From Octopus bimaculoides (lineage: Eukaryota), in the NCBI RefSeq assembly GCF_001194135.2, contig NC_068999.1, positions 24,905,960-24,959,986 of the forward strand: a DNA stretch of 54,027 nt, read 5' to 3'. Shown here one piece after another: positions 35,880 to 49,945 of the stretch. The translations under genes were made by a program, and so were the position numbers. Within the stretch, counting starts at the first letter, position 1. Each line of letters starts with the position of its first letter. The notes beneath the pieces are model-generated. The model was not told where the DNA came from and made no database searches. It saw nothing but the letters and a program-made list of their open reading frames with translations.

Positions 35880-36300
35880 TGTCGCCACGAAATGTCTGGC
35901 GATATAAAGATATTAAACAAACGAAACAACAGAGAAGGAAAAGGTTTCGCGTAAAAGTATCGTCCTGCTATGTGAAGGAGACATCTTTTAGCCTGGAGAG
36001 ATCATGGATCTGTGTCTGGAAAGTTTGGTTTTGGTCTTATTAACAGATCAGCATTTGCTGTGACTTGTGAAAGTTGTGTAGGGTTAAGCACCATAAGTTG
36101 ATGTTCCAAAAGCGTACTTCAGCATAACAGCATAGAAGATTCCAAACACGATAGAGGAAAAGGAGGCAGCTATGTTTCACTTCAACGTGAATACTGAAGA
36201 GTTCCGAGGAAGAGCAATCCAACTGAATGACGCCTTTCATGTCTGTGTGCAATGACTGGACAATCCTGAGTAATAAAAAGGTACGGAAGGCACCCAATCT
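35880..36300 (-). pseudogene. RTE-clade LINE RT fragment
   Basis: IVQSLHTDMKGVIQLDCSSSELFSIHVEVKH, a degenerate GVKQGC region. Confidence 0.7.
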
Positions 36301-37342
36301 TGAATTTTGAATTTTGAACAGGCTGACTCAGGAATTTTGAACAGGCCGGCTCTGCTCACAAAATCGAAGAACTTCGTGAAATGAACGAATGTGATGTAGA
36401 GTGGTTGTCTTAGCTATCTGCATTTTTCATGCAATTGTCATAGGAATAATATCACGCTAATTGTAGAGGCTATAGAAGACACTTGCCCAAGGTGCCACAG
36501 TGGGACTGAACCCGGAACCATGAGCAAGCTTCTTACCACACAGTCACGCCTGCGCCTATATCCATCCACACAGCCACGCTCACGCTTTCAATCCACTGTT
36601 GTTTGAATTTATTTTTGATTGTCCTGGGTAGAACAATTGTTAATACCTGTCTTCTTTACGTATTTAATGTCATAGAGCAAAAGGTGAACATACTGGCGAG
36701 TCGAGTCCTTTAGACAGTTTCAATACAGAAGTCAGTTCATTTCCTTTTACACTAAAATACGAATGTCACTCATTTTTAGACCATTCTAAGAAAGAAATCA
36801 ATATTTAACTTGTTGGCTTTCCTATGTTAATGTCTATTTGTTCAAAGACGATATGGTATTTTAGAGATTCTTTACTCTGATTGTAAACTACTGTTAAAAT
36901 GGAGGAGGTGGGGAATCTGTCAACATCTAGATAGATGTTACTGCTTGGTTTCTGGTGTTTTTACAAATACTTAAATATTTGGTGAGTTCTAAAGACAATA
37001 CTATTGCTATGCAATACCTTCATGTCATTATAAGCTTGTAAGTTTTGAAAGTTAACGTATTCTATTCTTATGGTTGAGTCTAAGTTTGTCAACGTGACTA
37101 TTTGAATGCATGTCCTTTAGGACTTTCGTTTGCTTTAGCAATCACGACTAAAGCCATGCTGGAACATTACCTTCAGCGTATGCAAATATATATACTCGGA
37201 TAAATGTAGACATAAGTGGATACAGGTGGGGATTTACGAATGTAGTCTTACAAAGTGGTAACTGTGGGCGAAGAATATCTACGACGAAATCTGTAAAGGT
37301 AAGCACGAGTCAAATCATGCATTGATGTACAATTTGTACGTG

Positions 37343-37349
37343 TGTATGT

Positions 37350-37441
<92 letters not shown>
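37343..37441 (+). repeat. (TG)n microsatellite
   Basis: Direct reading. One of many AC/AT/ATG/AAT tracts in the window. Confidence 0.95.
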
Positions 37442-37443
<2 letters not shown>

Positions 37444-37660
37444 AGAGTTGAAAATTTTTAACGTAGATTGAAATTACATCAACACATATGGTAAAGTGAA
37501 AGACCCATAAGGACAGATTACCAATGATGACGTTCATAATATCGGTGAAAGAAACAATGACAACGACGATTGTGATGATGATGATGATGATAACGCACGA
37601 CAGCGACGACGACGATGACGATTATGAGGATAATGGCGACGACATTGACAATGGTGGTGG

Positions 37661-37711
<51 letters not shown>

Positions 37712-38024
37712 CAGGCAATCCTCAGACGACGTAAAATCTCAAATTCTAAGCAGCAACGCAACATCAGGTGAAGATAGTGTCAGAATATTTGGGGATGTCC
37801 TTTCTATAAATGGCAAGCGAAATTATGGAGAAAGTAAGGCGACAGAGAATCGGAATTTCCTTCCTATAAATGGTTGGTGAGAGTAGTAAGAGTTCAGATG
37901 ACAAAGAATTTGGAAAGTTCTTTCTATAAAAAGATCAGGTTTAGCGATATGGAGGAATTATGTAGCTTCCATCCGTAACATCAACAGAATTCATCATCTG
38001 TTGCTATTGGATTGCTTCAACTAT

Positions 38025-38080
<56 letters not shown>

Positions 38081-38359
38081 ACGTACATACATACATACAT
38101 ATGTATACACAAGCAAACATACCAACACTAGTACACACATACATACACAATAAACACACACAAACACGCAACGCGCGCGCGCAAATGCAGACATCTATAC
38201 ATATACATATTTCCACATAGATAATATATATACATACTGAGAGAAAGCTTAGTAATTATCGGAACACAGCTTTGATGACGACAGAATGATAGACGAAAAT
38301 AGAACAGAATGGGTAGAGGATGGATATACAGATTATAGTATATATATACATACACATAC

Positions 38360-38414
<55 letters not shown>

Positions 38415-39967
38415 NNNNNNNNNNNNNNNNNNNNNNNNNNNNNNNNNNNNNNNNNNNNNNNNNNNNNNNNNNNNNNNNNNNNNNNNNNNNNNNNNNNNNN
38501 NNNNNNNNNNNNNNNNNNNNNNNNNNNNNNNNNNNNNNNNNNNNNNNNNNNNNNNNNNNNNNNNNNNNNNNNNNNNNNNNNNNNNNNNNNNNNNNNNNNN
38601 NNNNNNNNNNNNNNNNNTATATATATATATATATGTATGTATATATATATACACACAATAAGATAGATAGATAGATAGTCCAGTCGGCATAAAAATACGT
38701 AGAATGATAGATTATGTAGATAAATTTGATGGAATAGTTTTCATTTAATTACGAAATATATATTTGTTGTAACACAGCAGAATCATGTGCACCTGCACAC
38801 AGAAATATAGGCGCACAGTGCCCGTATTTGTGACACAGATGAGAACACACACAAAGACACACGAATGCACACATACACATATACACGTACACATACACAG
38901 AATCTCAAATGAAGATATAGGATTCTTCTCATCGATGTTTTCATAATCCTTTCACTATTACAGACAAGGAATTATGTTAATATCAAAGCGGAATAATATA
39001 TAAAAAGTATTTGTATTCGAGTGTGTGTGCGTGTGTGTGTACAGTTACAGAAACAGCGTTGTGTGTGTGTGTGTATATATTTATATACATATGTATGTGT
39101 GTGAGTGTATATATATATCTGTGTATATATATATATAAAACAAATAATAAATGAGTACATACATATATACGTACAAGTATGTGCATATATATATATAAAG
39201 AGAGAGAGAGAGAGAGATACGTATATGTGTACACACACACACACACGCACACATACACATATATACACACACACACGCACGCACACACACACACACACGT
39301 GCACACAAACACACACACACACACACACAGGGAGCTGTTGGCAAAACAGAGAAAGAACTAAACGGGGGGATATTCCAAAGGTTTTCGTTGTTTTTCTTTT
39401 CTTTTCTTTTTTTAACGGTCTTGTGTTCTTTCCGTCTTTCATTCCATCTGTTCTCTTCCTTGGCTATTTATTTCATTTACTCTTTTTTTTTCTTCTTCTT
39501 TTATCAACGTGAGATGCTAATGTAACAAGAGTGAAACAAGCTAGTTAGCCGTCAGCAGTTTTTAGGAGACGCGCATATCTTTGCAGATGACATCTCAGGT
39601 ATCTTTCTACTGAAGCTGTCAAACAAAACAGCTTAACAATTACCTAATGGCGAACCCCCTCCCTCTCCATGGCATGCTCTTTCGGTTTCCTTCTCTCTAC
39701 CCTTTTTCCAACTTCTCTCTCTCTCTCTCCTTCATCTTCGTTTCTTTTCTCTGTTTATCAATGTTGACGTTACTTGGTGGCAATAATACATACGCATACT
39801 TGAAAACACTGTGTACACACATTTCTCTAATTATCCATCCATCCATCTGTCTTACACACATACATGTATGTGTACCTGTCCTCTGTATATACACATACAT
39901 ACACACACATGTGTATGTGTTGTGTGTATGTATGTGTGTATGTGTGTGTGTGTGTATGTGTGTATGT

Positions 39968-40012
<45 letters not shown>

Positions 40013-40292
40013 GTATATATCGACGCCGTATATGTAAGAATGTTTGTCGAACACATATGTAAGTACGCATATATGTACGTTTCGCTATCGTAATATATAT
40101 ATATATATATATGTTATATCTTCTATGTACCGTAAAGTACCTACATACATACATATATACATAGGTGCGTACGTGTGGTGGGGGTCACTATATTTAACTG
40201 TTACCTGTAACCGAAACACTAAAGGTGAATAAATGAAAAAAATAAATTGTTGAAATAAAGGAAAAGAATATGAAAACCCGGGAAATCCTTAC

Positions 40293-40527
40293 CGTAGTTG
40301 CCCTGTTTCGATTTGGTTCCAAAATACCAGCCAACGACAGCGGCCACAGCGAGTAAAATGATACACAGACGTTTTATGGAGACCACTAAGAATTTGCGAC
40401 ACCTTGGACTGGTCAGTGTGGCTTGAATTTTGTGTCCACTGCTGTGACTCATTCCATCGATTGGTAACAAGGTAACGTTGGTGGGGCCCGCTTTAAGATC
40501 CTGTTGTGAGTCTCCAGTCTCCATCAT
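40293..40527 (-). CDS. First coding exon of an unidentified membrane protein (cytoplasmic N-terminus, one TM helix, type II-like)
   Basis: 78 codons MMETGDSQ...RCRKFLVVSIKRLCIILLAVAAVVGWYFGTKSKQGNY. Basic residues precede the hydrophobic helix. Strong phase-1 donor G|gtaagg at 40292. Non-repetitive, CpG-rich context. Confidence 0.65.
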
Positions 40528-41117
40528 TTTTCCTGTTTGTTGATGAAGTTCTTATTATCGTCCTCAGTTTTTTTCTCGTCGTCGCCGCCGCCGTCGTGGT
40601 GATGCTCTTCCCTTTATTGTTGTTGACCACTTGTGTTTGTGTCAAGCAAGTTGTTATTATTTCTGATACACGCAGCCGACAGCAGAAGAATTTCTCTCTT
40701 GGTGGTTAGCATCTGTTATGAATGTTGTTGTGAGGCTGCTGCTAATGTCGGTATTAGGATTGTTGTTACTATTGTTGGTGTTGTTAGAGTTTTAAAAAAA
40801 TGGATTAACACAATCGGATTAGTCAGTATCAATAGAACACAGATTTGATCTTTGTACTTCACATATCATAACGATGGTCTGGCGCAGACGACATTGATGG
40901 TGTTATACAAATGGTGACAATATTAACGTCAGCTGTGACCATGGCAAAGACAATAAGGGATGATGGTGATGATGATAGTGGTGGCGGCGGCGGTGGTATA
41001 CAAAGTGCTGGTTGAGATGGGATAGTAACAGGGATGGTAATCGATGATGATGATGCTGGAGATAATGAAAGTGATAAGTATGTTGATTAAGGTGATAGTT
41101 CACGAGCATTTGCTCAC

Positions 41118-41279
41118 CTAGTGTTTCCCCATTTCAGTCACGCAAGTGCGTACTGAATTGATGAAGAGGGTTGAGTAAGCGAGAAAGAGAGAGGGGGAGA
41201 AAGAGCGTGGAAGAAGAGGGGAGAGAGAGGGTGGGAGGAAACTGAGAGAGTGACGGAAAGAGAAAGCACGCGAGCGAAT

Positions 41280-41320
<41 letters not shown>

Positions 41321-41530
41321 TGAACGAAAGAGGGAGAGGGAAAGAGAGTAAAACAGCAGGCTGGCATCAAGCAACATAACAGATGTAAGTCTCGTGCTTC
41401 TAAATGAATCAGAAACCGTGAACGAAAGAAGAAAAGAAAAGAAATAAAAGAGGTGATAGAAGAATAAATAGATGGAGAGAGAGAGAGATTGAGAAAGAGA
41501 GTGCGCTCGTGTGTGTGAGAGAGAGAAAGA
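41118..41530 (-). promoter_or_regulatory. Putative 5'UTR exon/promoter region with long GA tracts
   Basis: Minus-strand donor ctag|gtgagc at 41117, (GA)n tracts and abundant CpG upstream of the 40527 ATG. Confidence 0.35.
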
Positions 41531-42120
41531 GGGAATTTACGTGATGGATACAGAGCTGATTGCCTTCGTTTTCTTAAAATTTACGGACTATAAAAAAATA
41601 CGCAAGTCCTCAACTTCACTAACCCAGGTAATAATTGTAAAGGTTAAGGATTTCAGTTAAAAGGGAGGCTGACTGATTACTCGCAATAGCTCCATTATCA
41701 AACAGCGTCACCATTTCGCTATATTAAGAGAAATTGTGTCTTCTTAAGTACCTGATGCACAGACAGACACTGTTGCGTTCGTCTTTCTTTATTATTCTTT
41801 ATATTTCCAACAGTTTTTCCTTTATCCAGAGTGCCGGTTTCAATATGGCGATTAAACCTTTTGAAAAGAAGAATGAATTTTAAAATTCAACACTATTTGT
41901 TAGCAGTCGAAGAGCTGTCGGCTTCTCTTTCTCCTAAGAACTACACGCAAAACATCACCTGCTCTTCATTTTATTTTCACTCCATTTCCTCTATTCTCTT
42001 TTAAAGTCTCTCACAACTTTTTCTCTTCTTTCCTTCCTTGGCTTCTGAGGACGAAAGAACTTTAAAATATTTATTTGTTAAATAAATTCTCACCATCTCT
42101 CTCTCTCTCTCTCTCTCTCA

Positions 42121-42171
<51 letters not shown>

Positions 42172-44644
42172 ATCCTTTCAGAAAGGTAGTCGTATTTTAC
42201 TTTTAGTTTCCAATTTGCTACTATTTAAACAGTTGCTACTTGCATTAATAACGTTTTTGAATTAAACTTTTATGTTGCTCACAGTGAATTGAAGATTAAT
42301 ATAACGACCGTTTAAAATTAATTCATTTGTATTTCATTTTTATTGCACAACACTTTTGAGTGTAAAATCCATTGGAAGACTTATTTATTTTCTGAGAAAA
42401 TCTTCGTCAGCACGCGCACGCACTCACACAAACACACTCTCTCACACATCCATGCGCACAATCTCACCTACACACTTATAACTCTTGTTGTAGGCATCCA
42501 CGCGCTTGTTCGCGCGCGCTCATATCCGTGGATGCAGCCTACATGCACACGTGCATGCACAGACACGCAAACGCACACTTGCATGCGTACATAAGTATGA
42601 ATTATGCATGTATAATCTATTAAACTTGCGTATAATATTATAATATAATAGGTAAGATTCCATATACTCAGCTAAAGGTTTAGGCATTCTCTTTGACTCT
42701 GAAATAACCCCGTCTGTCTAACTATAAATCACATTTCTTCAATTTTAATAAGGGTTTACTTAGCTAACAGTATTAATCCAACCTCTACGAATATACTTGA
42801 AATTCGGGCTCTGGTAGTTTGAACCTTTCCCATATAGGGAATTCAGTGTTACTTTCTGATTCGCTTATGAACACACTTATATTCGTATCTCAATGTTCGT
42901 TTATCAATCTAAACTTTTACTTAAGCATACATCAATACACTTAGCTAAGCATAAATTTATTAGCGCCTGTTTGTATTTGAGTGTGCTGTATGAAAACTCG
43001 AGCATCATATGACTTTCTGCTTCAAGTATCAGTTGATCAATTACTAGATTTAGTCAACAGAGGAAAAGTTGACTGATGTCAAACTTATCAATCGTAAAGT
43101 CAATGCTTCCGTCTATAAAACTCTGTTGTTAATTGCTTATCGACTTTAAGGTTTTGATGATGTCATTAAATTGATATTCTGATGCAGAACAAAATTCTTT
43201 CTATTACCTTTTTTTTTTTTTCATTTTTTATTTATGAAAGTGTTATACACATCATCTATCCTGAAAATAATTTCTTGGAAAACAGTATGTGTGTGTTATT
43301 TATTTTAATCATGTTATTGCTTTAGTCTACACTCGGGCAAAATGCGCCAGTAACGTAAAATAATGTTCTGGATGAAACACAAGACATAGAATATGGTTCT
43401 TTATTTGATAATCCAGAGAGAAGTAAAATCTCTTTTTATATTGGGTCGTAGTTTGATAATCAATTTGAATTGCTGCAATTTAATAGATGGGTACACACGC
43501 TGAGTTTTATAGGTATGCAGTTCTTTACGGATGTTTATTACGAGGGTGTGATTAGAGAAGTATTTGATAAAGCTATCTTTTCACAAACTCATAACTTGAT
43601 GAGGTCAATCTGGTTTTGCAGAATAAAAGAGAGTTGGTGCCAAAAAGGTCAACAAATAAGATGAATGTTGGCAGTTGAAGTTAGTTAATATTTGAAGAGT
43701 CGCGAGTCAGTAATAAACATTTTTTGTAATACCGACAACACCTTTGCGTCGGACAAGACGATGAGGCAAATATACTATTTTATCATCGACGACTCTATTT
43801 CATCAACGGTCGTAATATCAATATCCTCCATCGGGATCTTAGTTTTGGAAGGATGCCGCTCGTTCATCCTTTTATGATTTGGTTCCCATTTGACCGACAG
43901 GCAGGCGGAAAACTACGAGTTGTAGACAGAGTTCAGTAAATTGCATCCGTCTTTCAGTTATTTTCTTGATTGACTGGATGAAATTGTCATGAGTTGTTCT
44001 CTGGTCACCTTCTGAATCCAACTGATGTCGAAGGCCATCCAGAACATCCGAGTGTAGTGGCCATCGAGAGTTGTGGGTTGTTCCGGAACAATGTTATAAT
44101 ATTTGTTGTTTGCTCGGTGAAAGACATAGCAAGAAGGTCGAGGTAAAGGGAAATATTTGATGGCACATGGAACATTTTAGAAACAGTATAAGGTATATAC
44201 ATATGGGTTTTAGCGGTAAGATGTTTACTGATCTTTCAGATAATCTCTCTCTCTCTCTCTCTTTCCGGATTAAGTCTATATTCAGACTGAAGAGTGTGTT
44301 AAATTTTGCAATAACACAAGCACATATACAGTGAAGATGGAAAACATCTGCTTGGCAGAAAAGATATAGACTGATTGCATAACTGAGTAATATATAACGG
44401 TAGTGTACAGACTACTTGAATGGATTTCTCCAAGACCATTCGAAATCTAGTATGGTACTCACAGAGCAATGTAAAGAAATAACGTGAGAATGCATTGGGC
44501 AACTGTTAATTGATAAAACTGGTGCAATAACATCGTAGAAAGCCAATCACGTTATGACTTCTTTAGAACAAAAGAAGGTGTTCTATGACTCTTCTACATA
44601 AAAAGCGTTAATACCAACATCTCGGTATCAAAATATAAATATAG

Positions 44645-45070
44645 GCATAAGCGTGGCTGTGTGGTAAGAAGCTTGCTTCCCAACCACAAGGTTCCTAGTT
44701 CCTTCTCACCGCGTGGTACCTTGGGTAAGTGTCTTCTTTTATAACCTCGGGCCGACCAAAGCTTTGTGAGTGGATTTGATAGACGGAAATTGAAAGAAGC
44801 CCGTCGTGTGTGTGTGTACGTGCGTGCGTACGTGCGTGCGTGTGTGTGCGCGTGTTTCTGTGTCTGTGTTTGTCCCCCACCACCGCTTGACAACTTGCGT
44901 TGGAGTGTTTATGTCCCCGTAACTTAGCGGTTCGACAAAAGAGACCGATAGAATAAGTACCAGACTTCAAAAAATAAGTACTAGAGTCGATTTATTCGAT
45001 AAAAAATTCTTCAAAATGGTGTCCCAGCAAGGCCGCAGTTTCACGACTTAAACAAATAAAAGATAAAAGA
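44645..45070 (+). mobile_element. Near full-length tRNA-derived SINE family 2
   Basis: Head gcgtggctgtgtggtaagaagc...ggttcc, internal microsatellite, core gtccccgtaacttagcggttcg, tail ggtgtcccagcaaggccgcagt...(ataaaag)n. Partial copies at 11781-11880, 21095-21450, 24790-24960, 36466-36580, 50330-50530 and 53455-53570. Confidence 0.88.
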
Positions 45071-46304
45071 AATAGTTAATAAAGAGGAGAGCGGGATTCG
45101 TCTTGCGATATAGAAATCTGTTTCATTGATATTCAAACTTGAACTAATCCAATAACTGAACATTTTCAAACTAAAACTGACATCAACATATTCTCTCTCA
45201 ATCAAAAACAAAGATGAAGAAACTAACGTGGAAACCCTTACGTGGTCATTCAATCTGCTGAAATAGCAGCTAAACTTCCTTCAACCATACTCTACTGTCT
45301 TAAAAAAAAAAGGACGATGACACTAGATAATATATTCCAACAAACGTTGTGTCTGAAAATAAGATGTAGTTACAACTAGAACATCTTCGATCATAGATCT
45401 ATTTCATCAGAAATGACAATATAAGTGTGGGGGAGTTGAAAAATGAAGTCGAAAAACTTCAAATTAGAACTGTTTAATTATCCTAAAACAAATATGTAGA
45501 GTCACAATATGCTACGTATTGGGGACAAGTGATCTCAAATTCACCTTCATTATTGGAAGGACGTGGACCTCTGAAGAGTCCTCTATGATCATTCAGACCA
45601 TCAATGCGATCCGGTTTCTGTGACTAAGCAACTGAAAAACGCCAGTCCATCTCAAGGAATTTTTCTGTAGAAGAAACTGAGTACAGCACTTTAAGCCAAA
45701 TAATCAGTCATCGATTTTATAGTTGACGTCATGCTTAAGATGAATTAGTTTTGCAGTATCTACTTAGTGTTAACTGGAGTTGACCGTTGTGAGTTAAATG
45801 TTTTAGTTACAGATAGCACATAATCGAACCACCCATTTCTTGACTAGTTTGTCTTATCGACTCAGTTTTAATTATATATAAACAAACAAGTAAAGGAAAA
45901 CCATGGTTCGCTTAGTTTTTCTGAAGAGATAAACCTTCTAATAAACAAACTTCAGTTTAGTGTCGCCGTCTGCAAACCATTAATGAGTATTCATGAGTAA
46001 ACAAAAAAGACATGGTTAAAATCAGAACGCATCTTTTTCTTTCTTTGCCATCAGATCATCAAAATAATCAATGTAAACCCATCCTCGAAGACACAGATTT
46101 ATAAATCAAAGAAGAATTCGAGAATAAAAGTACAGTGTAAACAAAAGTAGCTATTTTTATAAGTTTGTTACAGGTACTAATGTAAAGCAACGAGAATAGT
46201 ACCTTTTCTGGGTGAATAATCGAAATATAAAATGACTACTATTTTATTATATTAATCACTACCTTGAATGTCGCAAGATGTCAAAATCGTTTGCGCGTGG
46301 GGAA

Positions 46305-46480
46305 AAATTGCCTAGCAGCATTTATTTCGGTTCAGTATGTGCTGAGTTCAAATTCCACCGAGGTCGACTAATACTTTCATCTTTTTGGAGTCGATAAAAT
46401 TAAGCACCAGCCAAATACTGGGGCCGATGGAATCGACTACTCCCCGCCCCTAAAACTACTGGCCTTGAGTCAAAATTTGA
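46305..46480 (+). mobile_element. tRNA-derived SINE family 1, 5'-truncated
   Basis: gagttcaaattccaccgaggtcgac...ggagtcgataaattaag. Confidence 0.75.
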
Positions 46481-46869
46481 AATAGTTATAATAATTACAC
46501 CTTGCTTGAACAACATCCAGTTACTAAATATCTCATAAACAAGCGAAACAAAGTAGCTTCTATACCACAACATTCAAACACATTTTTTGGATTTTCTTTA
46601 TATTCCATAATTTGAATCTATATTTGGATCTTTGACAATATATTTGGGTTCGCGCCCACTACAATATTTTGTTCAGTGTTGTGCTTGATCAACTCATATT
46701 TTGATGGTGATTTGCTATAAAGAAACAAATGTTTCCGAAGTAATTCCAGAGTTGCTCCTCTTACCGTATACGTTGCTGATGATTGCCTAAAAAGCGAGAA
46801 ATACATTCACCGTTCTGCCAAGAGAAGGTGTCTTATTATTTATTATGGCCGGGTTTCAACCCAGGGCGC

Positions 46870-47280
46870 AGCAACAAAGTTCACCCGCCACACTTCTCGA
46901 TCTATCATAACTACCTCGAGGTTCTAAACACATTCCAGGCCAGTGTCTGCAATCAAGTCGTCGATGTAAGCGTGACGACGTTTTTCTCTTCTTACATCAC
47001 CATGAAGTGAATTCCACAAGACTAATTTGGATGCTTCTAGTTTAGGGTGGTGCACACATTGGCCAGATAGTCGCAGCCGTCTTTGCCTGATCTTCTCACT
47101 AACTTTCGGCAGGTCTCCATCACGGCATTCATTTGTCATATGTTGTTGCCGTTTCACATTTAGGGTCATTCGTAGTATCCTTGTAATGATTATTGGTGTT
47201 TTTAATACCTATTGCCGAAAGCGAGAAAACTTCTCAGCAGCAAATTAGCAATGAATATGGCCTCTGCACAGGTCAAATAT
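46870..47280 (-). pseudogene. RTE-clade LINE C-terminal fragment
   Basis: TRILRMTLNVKRQQHMTNE...DLPKVSEKIRQRRLRLSGQCVHHP...LVLW. Confidence 0.8.
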
Positions 47281-47942
47281 GTCTTAAGCATATTTGAATC
47301 GATCTAAATGTATGATGAAGGCTAAAAGTGGTTTTCTAATAATCTCTTGAGTCTAATTTAGTGTAAATTCAATTTCTTGTCTATCAAAGATACTCGCGTG
47401 GCCACCTAGCGGCGGCGGCGGTGGCAGCGGTGGTGATGGTAGAATGCAAACCTCCGACGTCACCGCTGGTCGTCAGGAACCCATTTGATTCCATATGCTT
47501 TTTAATATAAATCAAATACATTCCTAATAAAATAGTTCAAGAGCTGTCATTGGTATTACATAAACGGTTAAACATGTCTTATGATGACATAATATTTGAG
47601 ATAGCTTAATCAGATGCTTAGAAAAGAATCCTTGTATTACTGGTTACTAATTATCAGATAAATAGACAAAGCAGGCAAATTGCCTTGTCCAAAGGAGTCT
47701 ACGATGGGTTATGATATCACAGATTATGTGCTGACATCTTTTCCATTTGACATTTTGGTTTTGCAAGTTAAATATCTATAATATTAAAACGATTAAGAAT
47801 CCTAGTCTTTTATGTTAAGGAATGAGACAGAAAATTCAGTAATAGTTGTCAGGGCGTAGATCAGTATTTTCGTTATGAAATCTATCAAGTTATTTAAATG
47901 ACTACATATTTAAATAATGATGATGATGATAATGATAATAAT

Positions 47943-48154
47943 CCTTTCTACTATAGACACAAGGCCTGAAAATTGGGGGAAGGGGTCCAGTCGATTAGAT
48001 CGATCCCAGTACTAGATTGATACCTAACTTATCGACCCCGAAGGAATGAAAGGCAAAGGCGACCTCGGCGGAATTTGAACTCAGAATATAAAGACAGACG
48101 AAATACCGCTAAGCATTTCGCCCGGCATGCTAACGATTCTACCTGCTCGCTGCC

Positions 48155-48211
<57 letters not shown>

Positions 48212-48641
48212 GTAGTAGTAGTAGTAGTAATAATNNNNNNNNNNNNNNNNNNNNNNNNNNNNNNNNNNNNNNNNNNNNNNNNNNNNNNNNNNNNNNNNNN
48301 NNNNNNNNNNNNNNNNNNNNNNNNNNNNNNNNNNNNNNNNNNNNNNNNNNNNNNNNNNNNNNNNNNNNNNNNNNNNNNNNNNNNNNNNNNNNNNNAGCAT
48401 TTCGTCCAGTGCGCTAACGATTCTGCCAGCTCGTCACATTGGTAAATAATAATAGTAGTAGTAATAATAATAATAATGCTTTCAATTCGAGGCACAAGGC
48501 CTAAAATTTTAAGGGAGGGGGTAAGTTGATCACATCGACCCCAGTATTTGACCGGTACTTAATTTATAGACCTCGAAAGGATGAAAGGCAAAGTCGACCT
48601 CGGAGGAATTTGAACTCAGAACGGAGCGATGGGCGCCTTGT

Positions 48642-48701
<60 letters not shown>

Positions 48702-49945
48702 GTTTCAAATTTTTGGCACAAGACCAGCAAATTTAGGGCAGGGATTACGTCGATTTCATCGACCCCAGTGATCAATTGGTACTTATTTCATCGACCCCGA
48801 AAGGATGAAAGGTAGGATCAACCTTACAGTAGTTATTTCTGATAGTAAAGACATTGGAAACAAACCAAACAAGTCATTTTTATATCTATGATATTGAATT
48901 TATTCTATTTCGACTGTACCGATTGTATTAGAATTTTTTATGACATCTACTGAAATGCATGTCTTATTCTATTTTATTAAATCTCATTTTTTGAATTTAT
49001 TCTTATGCTGTCTGAAAAATATATGATATTAGTAAGAGTGAAATATGTCGAGATTTGTTGAACAAAAAGTTTACTTGCGGTCAGCCAAGATGCGAAGCAG
49101 TTTGAATTTCTGGTCGAAGACATTTGACTTTAATTACTTCTACTAAAGAACTGTTATTATTAAAACCTGAATGATTCTCCGAAATCGACTTTGCCTTCTA
49201 TCCTTTCGAGGTCGATGAATTAAATACCAGTTGAGCACTGGGGTCGATATAATCGACTGTCCCCCTCCCCGAAAATTTCAGGCCTTGAGTCTGTAACAGA
49301 AAGGATTAATAAAACCGGAATGCATAGAATTATTTCAAAAGTAATACTGACTGTCTTGACTGCTTTTACGGCTGAAAGGATTTCTACTAAGGTAAATATC
49401 TATATTCCAGTCGAAAATACATCCCATGAGACGAAATGCTATTTGGAAAGATGATCTCCAATAATTTTAATTTATCTCTCTTATCAGTTTCCGTTTATTG
49501 TCCATTACTCCTATTGGTTACGGATCAATTTAATCAAATGATCTACGAAGTATAAAACCAGCTTTATGATTTCTAATTTCCCTGAAAAACAGTCCAACTT
49601 AGGAAATGAACAAATATAGATTTCTAGCTAAAGAACAGTTGATTATATCGATCTCAGTATTTGACTAAGCACTTTATTTTATCTACCCCGGTATGGTGAA
49701 AAGGAGATTAACAGATATATCAAATTGATTTATGAATGGAATTGTATTCCAAATGATTAAGATCAAAGGCAGCGAGCAGGTTGAATCGTTAGCACGTCTG
49801 ACAAAATGCTTAGCAGCATTCAAGTTCCACCGAGGTCGACTTTGCCTTTCATTCTTTCGGGATCGATGAAATAGGTATCAGTTGAGCATTGTAGTCGACG
49901 AGCTCCTCCCTCAAAATTTCAGACCTTGTTCTTATAGCAGAATGA
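47943..49945. mobile_element. Cluster of SINE family 1 copies (minus: 47943-48156, 48478-48640, 48700-48815; plus: 49185-49308, 49767-49945)
   Basis: Shared gaccccgaaaggatgaaaggcaaagtcgacctcgg core. CpGs largely retained. Confidence 0.85.

Noticed and set aside
37524-37880. Poly-Asp ORF and three tttctataaa repeats
   Set aside because: A (GAT)n microsatellite plus degenerate repeat debris, with no splice or domain support.
43540-44210. Possible mariner-like end (tacgaggg) and minus-strand ORF
   Set aside because: No matching second TIR and no recognisable transposase motif.
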